Shown here piece by piece: positions 10,665 to 21,149 of a DNA stretch of 64,000 nucleotides; the first letter of the stretch is position 1; each line of letters starts with the position of its first letter. The notes under the pieces are model-generated. The model was not told where the DNA came from and searched no databases. It was given only the letters and a program-made list of their open reading frames with translations. Both the position numbers and the translations under genes were made by a program. The DNA comes from Oceanispirochaeta sp. (GTDB lineage Bacteria > Spirochaetota > Spirochaetia > DSM-2461), in assembly GCA_963666275.2 (NCBI GenBank), contig CAXXOA010000001.1:1248001-1312000 (forward strand), written 5' to 3'.

Positions 10665-13348
10665 AAGAACCCGTATATTTACTGGATGGATACAGTGTTA
10701 TCTATCGATCCTATTTTGCTTTTATAAGACAGCCCATGAGAAATGCCGAAGGCAGGAATATTTCTGCGGTTTTCGGTTTTTTCCGCACCCTTTTCAGTAT
10801 CCGGCAGAAACGGGGTACCGATCATCTCGTGGTGCTAATGGATTCGAAAACAAAAACCTTCAGACACGAGATGTATCCGGAGTACAAAGCCACAAGGGAT
10901 AAAACCCCCGATGATCTGCATGAACAGATCCCTTTGATCGAGGAACTCCTGGGCCTTTTGGGGGTCCCCACGCTGAGAGCCGACGGTTTTGAAGCGGATG
11001 ACCTTATGGGAACCCTAGCCGTGAAAGCCCGGGAGGAAGGGCGCCGGGCCTACATTATTTCGGGAGACAAAGACCTCCTGCAGTTTGCCGGGGATTCCAT
11101 ATCCATTCTGAAACCCGACAAGGGCGATCTTGTGGAGATGAACCGGGATGAAGTTTTTGAAGACCGGGGCGTCTGGCCCGAACAGATCGTGGACTATCTG
11201 GCCCTGGTGGGTGATACGGCGGATAATGTCCCCGGAGTTGCCGGTATAGGGCCGAAAACAGCGGCCAAACTCCTTCAGACCTATGGGACCCTGGAGGGTA
11301 TCTATGAACATCTGGATGAAATAAAAAGTAAAAGCCAGAAACAGAAACTGGAAGAGAACAGGGACAATGCTTTTTTCAGCAAAGAGCTAGTTCAGATCAG
11401 AATCGATGTCCCTGTGGACTATACCCCGGAAAGCCTCAAAATCTCCGGGGGGGACAATTCTGAAGCGGCCCGGGTATTTCTCCGGGAGGGAATCACCTCT
11501 CTGGCCCGGGAGCTGGATCCGGATGCGGAAGTCCCCGAAGAGGAGAAGGTGGAGAAAAATAACGGAAAGGGCCGGTATGAAGCGGTTCTGACCGAAGAAG
11601 CTCTCCAGACCTGGATCGGGAGGATACGCGGTAAGGGGATTGTGAGCCTGGATACGGAAACCGATTCACTCAACCCCATGGAGGCCAATCCCGTGGGAAT
11701 CTGTCTCTCTGTGGGAGACAACGAAGCCTGTTATGTTCCACTGGCGGCAGCCGGAGCGGAGTGTCTGGATGCGGAGCTTGTGAAGAAGGCTCTGAAGCCC
11801 CTTCTGGAAGATCCGGAAATCAAAATCATTGGTCAGAATATCAAATACGACTGGAAAGTGCTCAAGCGCTGGGGAATCGATCTGGGAGATGCCTATTTCG
11901 ATACCATGGTGGCAGCCTGGATGATCGATGCGGGGACTCCCGTGAATATGGATTTTCTGGCCGAACGCTATCTGGACTATAAAACTGTTCATTTTGCGGA
12001 TATCGTCCCCAAAGGGAGCATCTTTTCGGATATCCCTCTGGATCAGGCGGTGGACTATGCCGCGGAAGATGCGGACATTACCTGGCGGCTCTATGAGGTG
12101 CTCTCCTCTCTACTGGAGGAGAAGGGGCTGAAAGATCTCTTTCAGACTCTGGAAATGCCTCTGGTCAGGATCCTGGCCAGGATGGAGTACAGGGGAATCC
12201 TGTTCAATCAGATTGAGATGGACATCTATGCCCATGAGCTCAACGATGCCCTGGACCTTCTGAAAAAAGAGATCTATACCCTCTGCGGTAAGAAATTCAA
12301 CATAAACAGTACGAAACAGCTGCAGGAGGTTCTGTTTACAGACAGAAAACTCCAGCCTCTGAAGAAGACAAAAAGCGGCTTCTCCACGGACAACGGGGTA
12401 CTGCAGCAGCTGGCCGAGGAGGATCCGGTTCCCGAGAAGATTCTTATCTACCGGGGCCTGGCCAAGCTGAAATCCACCTATGTGGATACCCTGCCAACCA
12501 TGATTAATCCCCGGACCGGCCGGATTCATACCTCCTATATTCAGACCGGAGCCGCCACGGGCCGTCTGGCAAGCAAGGATCCCAATCTGCAGAATATCCC
12601 TGTGAGGGACGAAAACGGCAGACGGATCCGGAAAGCCTTTCATCCCGAAAAGGGGAGTCTCTTCCTGTCGGCCGACTACTCGCAGATCGAGCTTGTGGTG
12701 CTGGCCCATCTGTCGGAAGACCCCGGTCTGATCGAGGCTTTTACGACGGGTCAGGATGTGCACAGAAAAACAGCATCCCTCATATTTAAAACTGAAGCGG
12801 AAGAGGTGACAGACTCTCAGAGACGGATAGCCAAGACAATCAACTTCGGTGTTATGTACGGCATGTCCGCCTTCCGGCTCTCCAATGAGCTGAAAATTTC
12901 CCGGGCCGATGCCAAACAGTTCATCGATACCTATTTTGAAGAGTACTCGGGCATAAAGAGGTTTGTAGACGAAACCGTAAAGCAGGCGGAGCTGGACCTG
13001 GGCGTCTATACAGTGATGGGCCGGTTCCGGCCGATACCCAGTATCACAAGTAAAAACAAGATGGAAAAAAGCGGAGCCGAAAGGGCGGCTGTGAATACGC
13101 GGATTCAGGGAACCGCCGCGGATATCGTGAAAAAAGCCATGCTGGCCATGGATAAGGCTCTCACAGAGAAAAATCTGAAAGCCCGGGTTCTGCTGCAGGT
13201 ACACGATGAGATTATTCTGGAAGTCCCCGAAGAGGAAGTCGATGTGTGCCGTGACCTTCTGAAAGAGGTGATGGAGAGTGTGATGACCCTGAAGGTTCCT
13301 CTGGTTGCCAATGTGGAAACCGGAAAGAGCTGGGGGGACATTCACTGA
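10661..13348 (+). CDS. polA: DNA polymerase I
   Basis: 5'-3' exonuclease (LLDGYS, GDTADNVPGV), DTET 3'-5' exonuclease, polymerase motifs ADYSQIEL, AKTINFGVMYG, LQVHDE. Confidence 0.98.
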   Translation: MKEPVYLLDGYSVIYRSYFAFIRQPMRNAEGRNISAVFGFFRTLFSIRQKRGTDHLVVLMDSKTKTFRHEMYPEYKATRDKTPDDLHEQIPLIEELLGLLGVPTLRADGFEADDLMGTLAVKAREEGRRAYIISGDKDLLQFAGDSISILKPDKGDLVEMNRDEVFEDRGVWPEQIVDYLALVGDTADNVPGVAGIGPKTAAKLLQTYGTLEGIYEHLDEIKSKSQKQKLEENRDNAFFSKELVQIRIDVPVDYTPESLKISGGDNSEAARVFLREGITSLARELDPDAEVPEEEKVEKNNGKGRYEAVLTEEALQTWIGRIRGKGIVSLDTETDSLNPMEANPVGICLSVGDNEACYVPLAAAGAECLDAELVKKALKPLLEDPEIKIIGQNIKYDWKVLKRWGIDLGDAYFDTMVAAWMIDAGTPVNMDFLAERYLDYKTVHFADIVPKGSIFSDIPLDQAVDYAAEDADITWRLYEVLSSLLEEKGLKDLFQTLEMPLVRILARMEYRGILFNQIEMDIYAHELNDALDLLKKEIYTLCGKKFNINSTKQLQEVLFTDRKLQPLKKTKSGFSTDNGVLQQLAEEDPVPEKILIYRGLAKLKSTYVDTLPTMINPRTGRIHTSYIQTGAATGRLASKDPNLQNIPVRDENGRRIRKAFHPEKGSLFLSADYSQIELVVLAHLSEDPGLIEAFTTGQDVHRKTASLIFKTEAEEVTDSQRRIAKTINFGVMYGMSAFRLSNELKISRADAKQFIDTYFEEYSGIKRFVDETVKQAELDLGVYTVMGRFRPIPSITSKNKMEKSGAERAAVNTRIQGTAADIVKKAMLAMDKALTEKNLKARVLLQVHDEIILEVPEEEVDVCRDLLKEVMESVMTLKVPLVANVETGKSWGDIH

Positions 13349-13350
13349 GT

Positions 13351-13941
13351 ATGATTGTCGGTCTGGCCGGCAGAAGCTGCGCGGGGAAAAACCAGGTAGC
13401 CCGTCTCCTGGAGGAGAAAGGCTGGGTCTCCTATGATATGGACCTTATGGCCCATGAAATCCTGGACGAACTCTCCCCCCGGGCGGCCGTGCTCTTCGGG
13501 CGGGAGATCCTGGACTCCCGGGGCAGGGTGGACCGGAAAAAGCTGGGTCCCCTGGTCTTTGCGGATCCGGATCAGCTCAAAAAGCTGGAGGATCTTCTCT
13601 ATCCGGAACTTCAGAAAAAACTGGAATCCCTTCTGAGGGCAAGAGAGGACGGGGATCCCCCGGTGATCCTCAACGCGGCGGCCCTGGAGAAAAGCTCTTT
13701 CTGGGAAAACTGCGATGCCCTTATCTGGGTTCACTCCTGCTGGATCAGAAGGCTCTACCGGGCCTGGAAAAGGGACAGGAAACCTCTGAAAGAACTATTG
13801 AGACGATTTCATGCACAAAGGCAACTTAAGCCTCAATATTTTTTTCACAAGGTCGATACTTATATTATAAAGAATGATGGAACAAGGAAGGCCCTGAATA
13901 ACCGTATCAACAGATGGTTGGCCAGTCTTCCTCCGGAGTGA
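13351..13941 (+). CDS. coaE: Dephospho-CoA kinase
   Basis: GLAGRSCAGKN P-loop, DRKKLGPLVF; follows polA. Confidence 0.88.
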   Translation: MIVGLAGRSCAGKNQVARLLEEKGWVSYDMDLMAHEILDELSPRAAVLFGREILDSRGRVDRKKLGPLVFADPDQLKKLEDLLYPELQKKLESLLRAREDGDPPVILNAAALEKSSFWENCDALIWVHSCWIRRLYRAWKRDRKPLKELLRRFHAQRQLKPQYFFHKVDTYIIKNDGTRKALNNRINRWLASLPPE

Positions 13942-13951
13942 GACGGAACAT

Positions 13952-14608
13952 ATGGAAATGGAAAAGAAAAAAAACAGTCTGGAAGATAATTCTATAAAAA
14001 CTCTCTGGGTGCTGTTATCCGCCCTGGGTCTCCTGATCATAGTGGGGGTAGCGGGGGTTTTCTTCTTCTCTCCCGATAAAAGTCAGGGCGAGATTAAACC
14101 TGCTCTGGCCGCCACCACGGCCCTTCCCGCGGAATCACCGGAAGAGTTTGATCCCATAGAATGGGCCAGAAAGTCCGAAGAGTATCCGGTGCTGCAGGAA
14201 GAGAATACCCTGGAAGAGGACTTCATCGTGGAACTTGTGGCCGAAGATGAGGCACCTCCTGAGACGCCCGCAGCCGCAGCTGCTCCCATGGAGAAACCCG
14301 CTCCCGTGGTAACCGCGCCCGAGCCTGTGTATAAAGATGTGAAAGTCACGGTTTACTGGATTCAGGTCGGTTCCTACACCACCATGACCAAGGCCGAAAC
14401 TGTCAGCTCTTTTCTGAAAGACAAAGGGGTCAACAGCACCATTCAGGTCAAAGCCGTAGACGGCTCCACCCGCTACAGGGTCAGGATCGGAGCGTTCAAC
14501 TCCAAGGCCGAAGCGGAAAAGTTCAATACCCAGGTCAGATCTCTGGACGGGTATGAACAGAGTTATGTGGTTCAGTCCACCATAACAAGACAGATAGAAG
14601 CAAACTGA
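13952..14608 (+). CDS. SPOR-domain membrane-anchored protein
   Basis: N-terminal TM, acidic/Pro linker, YWIQVGSY...YRVRIGAF SPOR motifs. Confidence 0.88.
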   Translation: MEMEKKKNSLEDNSIKTLWVLLSALGLLIIVGVAGVFFFSPDKSQGEIKPALAATTALPAESPEEFDPIEWARKSEEYPVLQEENTLEEDFIVELVAEDEAPPETPAAAAAPMEKPAPVVTAPEPVYKDVKVTVYWIQVGSYTTMTKAETVSSFLKDKGVNSTIQVKAVDGSTRYRVRIGAFNSKAEAEKFNTQVRSLDGYEQSYVVQSTITRQIEAN

Positions 14609-14630
14609 TATTCAGATAAGTCCCATAGAG

Positions 14631-14660
14631 AAAACGGTACCGATTTGGTACCGTTTTTTT
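14631..14660 (+). terminator. Intrinsic terminator
   Basis: AAAACGGTACC-gattt-GGTACCGTTTT followed by T-run. Confidence 0.8.
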
Positions 14661-14708
14661 ATGGAGAAGTTTCTCATTCCTTTTTGAGATGGTATATACT
14701 TTCTAAGT

Positions 14709-16433
14709 ATGAAGACCAAAGAACAATTGTTGAAAGATATCTACGGCAGCCGGAAAGATGATATTCTGAAAAGGCTGAATCTGCTTCTTGATCAGTGGAA
14801 ACCGGACATCCCCGGCAGGGGAGGCTCGGCTGGAAAACTGCCCCTTACAGAAGACGATGTGATCATGATCACCTACGGGGATTCCATCAGGAACGAGGGG
14901 GATCCCCCTCTGCAGGTTATGAAGGATTTTGCCGACAGACGGCTCCGGGATATGGTTTCGGGGATTCATATCCTCCCTTTTTCACCCTACTCCTCGGATG
15001 ACGGATTTTCCGTTATCGACTACAGGGAGATCGATCCCGATCTGGGCAGCTGGAAGGACATGAAAAAACTGGGGGACCATTTCAATCTTATGTTCGACCT
15101 GGTTCTGAATCACTGCAGTGTTCAGAGCGACTGGTTCAAAGGGTACCTCAGGGGAGAGAAAAAATACCAGGGCTATTTTCACGAGGTGGATCCGGATACG
15201 GATCTTTCCGCTGTTTTCCGCCCCAGAGCCCTGCCGCTGCTGACGGAGTTTGAAACCTCCCGGGGCAGAAAACATCTGTGGACGACCTTCAGCGCCGACC
15301 AGGTGGATCTGAACTTTTCCAATCCCGATGTGTTCCTTGAATTCGTGGATATCATCCTGTTCTATATCTCCCAGGGAGCCCAGATCATCCGGCTCGATGC
15401 GATCGGTTTTCTCTGGAAGGAGATCGGCACCAGCTGTATGCACCATCCCCTGACCCATGCCATGGTTCAGCTCTTCCGGGCGATCCTGCAGGAGGTTTCT
15501 CCCCATGTGATCGTTCTGACCGAAACCAATGTTCCCCACGAAGAGAACATCTCCTACTTCGGCGACGGCAGCAACGAGGCCCATATGGTCTATCAGTTTA
15601 CCCTGCCTCCTCTGACCCTGGATGCCTTTATCCGGGAAAACGCGGCGCACCTTACCGAGTGGGCCTCTTCTCTGCCCCCGGTGAGCGATGATCACAGCTA
15701 CTTCAATTTCATGTCCTCCCACGACGGCATCGGCGTCCTGGGCGCCCGGGGCTATCTGAATGACAAAGAGATCGACAATATGATCCATGTGGTACAGGAC
15801 CGGGGAGGGCGGGTCTCCTACAAAGCCACTCCCCAGGGGGATATCCCCTATGAGCTGAATATCAATTACAGGGATGCTGTGACCCATCCCGATCTGCCGG
15901 ATAATCTCCGGGCCGCCCAGTTCCTCTCCTCCCAGGCTGTTATGCTCTGTATGGCCGGTGTCCCGGGCATCTATATCCACAGCCTTCTGGGATCGGGAAA
16001 CTGGTACAAGGGAGTGGAGGATTCGGGAATAAACCGGAGGATCAACAGGGAGAAAATGGAGCTGGACGCACTGGACGCGGAACTGGATGCGGAAGAGTCT
16101 CTGAGGCAGCTGATTTTTACGGGTTTCCGGGATCTTCTGAAAATCCGGCGGGCCCATAAAGCCTTTGATCCTGTTTCGCCCCAGGTTGTTCTGAAACTGG
16201 ACCCCGAGGTGTTTGCCCTGATCAGAACCGCCCATGACGGCAGTGAGAATATCCTTTGTATACAGAACACCTCCCGACGGAGACTGTATATGACACTGGA
16301 CGGAAGAAACTGCCCGGTTCCCCTGGACGATGATTACGACTGCCTCACCGACGGTGGCAGTTCCATTCAGGCCGAAGGGGGCTCCTGGACGATCACCATG
16401 GAACCCTATGAGGTTCTCTGGGTTAGATTCTAG
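14709..16433 (+). CDS. GH13 sugar phosphorylase (sucrose/glucosylglycerate phosphorylase family)
   Basis: SSDDGFSVIDY, WTTFSADQVDLNF, RLDAIGF, TETN, SHDGIG, YELN. Confidence 0.88.
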   Translation: MKTKEQLLKDIYGSRKDDILKRLNLLLDQWKPDIPGRGGSAGKLPLTEDDVIMITYGDSIRNEGDPPLQVMKDFADRRLRDMVSGIHILPFSPYSSDDGFSVIDYREIDPDLGSWKDMKKLGDHFNLMFDLVLNHCSVQSDWFKGYLRGEKKYQGYFHEVDPDTDLSAVFRPRALPLLTEFETSRGRKHLWTTFSADQVDLNFSNPDVFLEFVDIILFYISQGAQIIRLDAIGFLWKEIGTSCMHHPLTHAMVQLFRAILQEVSPHVIVLTETNVPHEENISYFGDGSNEAHMVYQFTLPPLTLDAFIRENAAHLTEWASSLPPVSDDHSYFNFMSSHDGIGVLGARGYLNDKEIDNMIHVVQDRGGRVSYKATPQGDIPYELNINYRDAVTHPDLPDNLRAAQFLSSQAVMLCMAGVPGIYIHSLLGSGNWYKGVEDSGINRRINREKMELDALDAELDAEESLRQLIFTGFRDLLKIRRAHKAFDPVSPQVVLKLDPEVFALIRTAHDGSENILCIQNTSRRRLYMTLDGRNCPVPLDDDYDCLTDGGSSIQAEGGSWTITMEPYEVLWVRF

Positions 16434-16453
16434 CCGTTTCCGGTAAGGAGTCA

Positions 16454-16488
16454 GGGCCGGAAATTCTCTCTCCGGCCCAGTTTTTTTT
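16454..16488 (+). terminator. Intrinsic terminator
   Basis: GGGCCGGA...TCCGGCCC followed by T8. Confidence 0.7.
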
Positions 16489-16669
16489 CCCTCTTTTCAG
16501 GTTTTTCTACCGCTGCTTATTCCCTGAAGAATTTTTTCTCCGGCAGAAATAGTGTTGAAATGTTTTGTCATCTCCTCTGTTCAGACCAGAGTGAAATGAA
16601 TATAATAGGAGCAATTTAAGCAAATGAACCTGCCATCGGCAGGGAAAAAATAATCCGGAGAAACAGCAG

Positions 16670-18091
16670 ATGAAATTTTTTGAGAAGTTGGAAAAAGTAT
16701 GTCAGGAGAAAGAGAGCCTCCTCTGCGTGGGACTCGATCCCCGTGTGGATTTCAAGAGTCCCGGAGACGCCCTCAGATCTATTGTTGACCAGAACCGTAA
16801 AATCATAGAGGCCACTCTTCCCTATACGGTTTGCTACAAGCCTAATATTGCTTTTTACGAAGTCTTCGGACCGGAAGGTCTCCAGGCCCTTCAGGAAACC
16901 CTGACCTACATTCCCAGAGAAGTTCCCCTGCTGATTGATGCCAAAAGAAATGATATCGGATCTACCGCCCAGGCCTATGCGGATTCGCTTTTTGATTTTT
17001 ACAAAGCCGATGCTGTTACCCTCTCTCCCTACATGGGACGCGATGCGGTTGATCCCTTTCTGGAGAAGGGGGATGAACACGGTGTTTTCCTCCTCTGCCG
17101 GACCACCAATCCCGGGGCCCATGCCATCCAGGATCTGCAGGTGAAACTGCCGGGTAACCTCAGCGAGGATCTGTATATCACTACCGCCAGAGAGTGCGTT
17201 TCCTGGGGAAGTCAGATCGGCCTTGTGGTAGCCGGGAATGACACCGAAGCCCTTCAGAAAGTCCGCCATGAGTGTCCCGACACCTGGTTCCTGACACCGG
17301 GAATCGGAACCCAGGGAGGAGATATGCTGGAAGCTGTTTCCGCGGGATGCCGGAAAGACGGCATGGGTATCCTTCCCAATGTATCCCGGGGTATCGCCGG
17401 CGCTGCTGATCCCGGCCTGGCTGCCAGAGAGTATCGGGATAAACTGAATGAAGCACGGAAACAGGTGAGTTCTTCCGAAGCCTACTCTGTGAAGGATTTT
17501 AGAAAACAGAACATCATGAAGGGCCTGATCAGAACAGAGTGTTTCCGGGTAGGGGAGTTCACCCTGAAATCCGGCAAGAAGTCTCCCTTCTATATCGATC
17601 TGAGACGGGTTTCTTCAGACGCGGCTCTTCTGGCTCAGGTGGCCAAAGGATACGCGGAACTGATAAAAGACATGGATTGCGACAGGATCGCCGGGATTCC
17701 CGTAGCGGCTCTGCCTCTGGCAACGGCTGTCTCTCTGGAAACAGGCATTCCCCTGATCTATCCCCGGATGACCATGAAAGCCCATGGAACCGGGAACAGG
17801 ATTGAAGGGGAGTATAAAGAGGGAGAAAAAGTCCTCCTTCTGGACGACCTGATTACCACAGGCAAGAGCAAAGTCGAAGCTATTGAGATCCTCAGAGAGG
17901 CCGGACTGGTTGTGACGGAGCTGGCTGTTCTTCTGGAACGGGGTGTTCAGGGAAGAAAGGATATGGAAGCCGAAGGGATCAACCTTCACAGCTACGCCCA
18001 TGTCCGGGAGCTTCTGAATCCCTGTCATGAACTGGGACTGATCGATGAAAAACAGCTTGAGGAAATGCTGGAATACGCTGCTCAGGAATAA
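16670..18091 (+). CDS. Fused OMP decarboxylase / orotate phosphoribosyltransferase (PyrF-PyrE)
   Basis: N-terminal LCVGLDP, DAKRNDIGST, PGIGTQGG; C-terminal FTLKSGKKSPFYIDLR, LLDDLITTGKS. Confidence 0.92.
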   Translation: MKFFEKLEKVCQEKESLLCVGLDPRVDFKSPGDALRSIVDQNRKIIEATLPYTVCYKPNIAFYEVFGPEGLQALQETLTYIPREVPLLIDAKRNDIGSTAQAYADSLFDFYKADAVTLSPYMGRDAVDPFLEKGDEHGVFLLCRTTNPGAHAIQDLQVKLPGNLSEDLYITTARECVSWGSQIGLVVAGNDTEALQKVRHECPDTWFLTPGIGTQGGDMLEAVSAGCRKDGMGILPNVSRGIAGAADPGLAAREYRDKLNEARKQVSSSEAYSVKDFRKQNIMKGLIRTECFRVGEFTLKSGKKSPFYIDLRRVSSDAALLAQVAKGYAELIKDMDCDRIAGIPVAALPLATAVSLETGIPLIYPRMTMKAHGTGNRIEGEYKEGEKVLLLDDLITTGKSKVEAIEILREAGLVVTELAVLLERGVQGRKDMEAEGINLHSYAHVRELLNPCHELGLIDEKQLEEMLEYAAQE

Positions 18092-18094
18092 ATT

Positions 18095-19294
18095 ATGAAG
18101 TTTTTTCAAACTCTTCTGGAGATTCTGACAACTCCGATCACTCTGGGGAAAATCGAACTTACCTTCAGTCTGCTGGAGATGATCACCAAAGTCGGGCTTC
18201 CCTTTATCGGGATGATTATTCTCTACTTCATTCTGATGTGGCTTATCCGCAAACTGGTGGGTATGTCCCGTCTTATAGAAGAGACAAGGGTCAAGACAGT
18301 CCAGTACATCCGGCTGGGTTTGAAAATACTGATCATTGCGGGATTCCTCATGACTGTGGGGAATCTTCTGGGAAGCCGGGTCAATTATTATATCAGCCGG
18401 TTTCTCAATATTCTCAATTCACCTTTCTTTGTATCCGGGAATACACAGATTTCTGTTGTCACCCTTCTGATGCTGATACCGGTTTTCTATCTGGCCACAT
18501 GGTCGGGAAAAGCTTCCCGGAGGCTCCTGGAAAAGTCCATATTCGATCAGCTGGGAATCGATGAGGCCAGACGGTTCTCCTTCGGCAGCATCACCCGTTA
18601 TGTGGTTATGTCTCTGGTGTTCCTTTTCGGGCTCTCCATCGTGGGGCTGGACCTTTCCGCACTGGGCGTTCTTCTGGGAGTCCTGGGTATAGGACTTGGA
18701 TTCGGTCTCCAGGGGATCGTGGCCAACTTTTTTGCCGGTCTGATCATTATCTCCTCCCGGCCCATCAAAGAGGGCGACCGGGTCCTTGTGAACGGCTATG
18801 ACGGGATTGTCCATAATATCCGGCTGATCAGTACGGATATCAAAACACTGGAAAATGAAAATATCATCATCCCCAACTCCCACTTTGTGGACCAGGCGGT
18901 GCATAACTACTCCTATCTGGACCGGAAGGTGGTTGTTGTGAATAAAGTACAGGTCTCCTACAACTCCGATCTGGATCAGGCCCTGGCAATCCTCGACAGC
19001 ATCGGGAAACGGAATCCCTACAGGATCAATGGTCCTGACAATGTGGTCCGGGTCCTTTCCTTTGACGATTCGGGCATCACAGTGAGCCTGAGGACTTTTA
19101 TCCGGGATGTATCGCTGAAACCCATGGCCCACTCCTGGTCGAATCTTGAAATCTGGCGGGAGTTCAAAAAGAACGGTATCGAAATACCCTTTCCCCAGAT
19201 GGATGTGCATGTTAAATCACTGCCTGAAAAAGGCGAGGTGCAGGAGGAGGGTTCTGAAGAACCGGAGGATCCGGCTCTTCCAGACTCTCAGTAG
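18095..19294 (+). CDS. Small-conductance mechanosensitive channel (MscS family)
   Basis: GIGLGFGLQGIVANF, IIIPNS, GIEIPFPQMDVH. Confidence 0.92.
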   Translation: MKFFQTLLEILTTPITLGKIELTFSLLEMITKVGLPFIGMIILYFILMWLIRKLVGMSRLIEETRVKTVQYIRLGLKILIIAGFLMTVGNLLGSRVNYYISRFLNILNSPFFVSGNTQISVVTLLMLIPVFYLATWSGKASRRLLEKSIFDQLGIDEARRFSFGSITRYVVMSLVFLFGLSIVGLDLSALGVLLGVLGIGLGFGLQGIVANFFAGLIIISSRPIKEGDRVLVNGYDGIVHNIRLISTDIKTLENENIIIPNSHFVDQAVHNYSYLDRKVVVVNKVQVSYNSDLDQALAILDSIGKRNPYRINGPDNVVRVLSFDDSGITVSLRTFIRDVSLKPMAHSWSNLEIWREFKKNGIEIPFPQMDVHVKSLPEKGEVQEEGSEEPEDPALPDSQ

Positions 19295-19300
19295 ATCTTC

Positions 19301-20506
19301 CTACTTTTTCTGAAGGAGGATGCCCCTGTTCCCTTTGAAACGGTTGTCCTCTCTGAAATGAAATCCCTGCAGGTGTTTGACAAGAAGAGACAGATCGGAA
19401 CTTCTGCCGTTGATATAGCAGTATTTTCCTTTCTGCAGGATGGCGTTAATGGTTTCCGCAAAACTCTGATGCCACTTTACCTTGGTGATGGGATCCAGGG
19501 AAAAATAGAGAAACTGGAATTTCTCCTCTTCCGCCTGGTCTTTGAGCCAGGGTTCTCCGGGGAGCTGATGGGATACCACTTTTCCCTCGTAGCCGGCTTT
19601 GTTCAGGTTGTGCAGGGTTATTCTGTTCTGCAGGATATCTCTGGAAGCCAGGTGTATCTCTTTCAGATGATTCGACGGCCTTTGAGACATCCAGACGGGA
19701 ATGTGTCCCTGTCCGGCGTTCCAGAAGAGGGCTTTTCCTGAAAAGGATGTATGTCTGAGAAGCTCTCCGGCAATCCGGGTGGCATAGCTCAGCTGATCAA
19801 AATCTGGAAGATTGTAAACAGTTTCCAGAAAATAGGTCTCTTCGGCCAGGTCAAACTCATCGGAGTTTCTTATATACCGGCTAAAGTCCTCTCCCGGAAA
19901 GGGCAGTCCTCCGTCAAAGTGGAAGACCGTATGCATTTTGGTGCTCTCTTTATGGAGAATCCGGCATCCCGCCGCCTCCAGGGCTTTCCGGGCTGTGTCT
20001 TTAAGAGGATCCACGATGACCACAGCCACCCGTCCGCCTTCCCTGAGGAAGCTTCCCGCATAGCTGAAAAAATCCTTCAGAACCTTGTCTCCCGCCTTTG
20101 CGGGGATGTTGGAAACAATAAGATCCCGGCTGGCGGGCTTCAGACCCTCCAGAAGAAGGGCTTCCTCCACCCTGTCGGGAACTATGCTGTTGAGACGGCA
20201 GTTTTCCCTTGTGTAGGCCGTAGCCAGAGCATCCCTGTCCTGAAAAAGCATATCCATAGAAGGGTATTTCTTTTTCAGGCTGATGCCGATGACCCCTGTC
20301 CCGCACCCTGTATCCACCGCGGAGGCAACCCTGGAAAGGTCGACCTCTTTGGCAAGGGTTTTAAGTAGCAGCCGGGTTCCCGCGTCGATGTCAAAGCTGC
20401 TGAAGAGACCCATGGAGAGATGGAATGTCATCTTTTCTCCATGGAACTGAAAGGGAACCTGTTTATTGGAATACACTGCGAGAGAGGGGTCAAACTGCTT
20501 TTTCAT
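19301..20506 (-). CDS. RsmC/MTS-like SAM-dependent methyltransferase
   Basis: GLFSSFDIDAGTRLLL, DTGCGTG, SNIP motif IV. Confidence 0.75.
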   Translation of the reverse strand: MKKQFDPSLAVYSNKQVPFQFHGEKMTFHLSMGLFSSFDIDAGTRLLLKTLAKEVDLSRVASAVDTGCGTGVIGISLKKKYPSMDMLFQDRDALATAYTRENCRLNSIVPDRVEEALLLEGLKPASRDLIVSNIPAKAGDKVLKDFFSYAGSFLREGGRVAVVIVDPLKDTARKALEAAGCRILHKESTKMHTVFHFDGGLPFPGEDFSRYIRNSDEFDLAEETYFLETVYNLPDFDQLSYATRIAGELLRHTSFSGKALFWNAGQGHIPVWMSQRPSNHLKEIHLASRDILQNRITLHNLNKAGYEGKVVSHQLPGEPWLKDQAEEEKFQFLYFSLDPITKVKWHQSFAETINAILQKGKYCYINGRSSDLSLLVKHLQGFHFREDNRFKGNRGILLQKK

Positions 20507-20509
20507 GAT

Positions 20510-21079
20510 TTAGCTGTTAATCCGTTCCTGGTACTCTTTTGTTTCCACGTTGATCCGGATCTTTTCGCCCTGTTTGATAAAGATGGGAACCTTGACTGTC
20601 AGTCCGGTTTCCACTTTGACGTACTTGGTGGCGCCTGTCACAGTGTCGCCTTTCACAGCATCCTCTGCTTCGGTAACGATCAGGTCCATTTTGGGAGGAA
20701 GTTTGATATCCAGGGATTCTTCGCCCCAGCGGACAACTTTGTAGGTATCTCCCTCTCTGAGGAAGTACTGCATATCCTCCATGGCGGCCATGGGAATCTC
20801 ATACTGTTCAAAGGTATCAGAATTCATAAAGAAGAAGTTCTCACCGTCTGAATAGAGAAACTGTGAAGCCACGTCCTGTACATCGATCTCTTCAACAATG
20901 TCCTGAGATTTGTGGGTTACCTTCAGTACGGCTCCGCTTCTGAGGTTTTTCAGTTTCAGTCGTACAAAGGCTGAACCTTTTCCGGGGTTTACAAACTCCC
21001 TTTCGGTTACGATAAAGGGAATATCCTTTTCCAGAAGAAAAGTCCCTTTGGCAATAGAGCCGGCTTTAATTTGTCCCAT
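20510..21079 (-). CDS. efp: Elongation factor P
   Basis: VNPGKGSAF, VKGDT, ETGLTVKVPIFI. Confidence 0.97.
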   Translation of the reverse strand: MGQIKAGSIAKGTFLLEKDIPFIVTEREFVNPGKGSAFVRLKLKNLRSGAVLKVTHKSQDIVEEIDVQDVASQFLYSDGENFFFMNSDTFEQYEIPMAAMEDMQYFLREGDTYKVVRWGEESLDIKLPPKMDLIVTEAEDAVKGDTVTGATKYVKVETGLTVKVPIFIKQGEKIRINVETKEYQERINS

Positions 21080-21149
21080 ATTATTTCCTTTTATATTGAG
21101 GCTGGTTCATATAACTGACCAGCCATACTGAATTTGAGATATATTTTGC

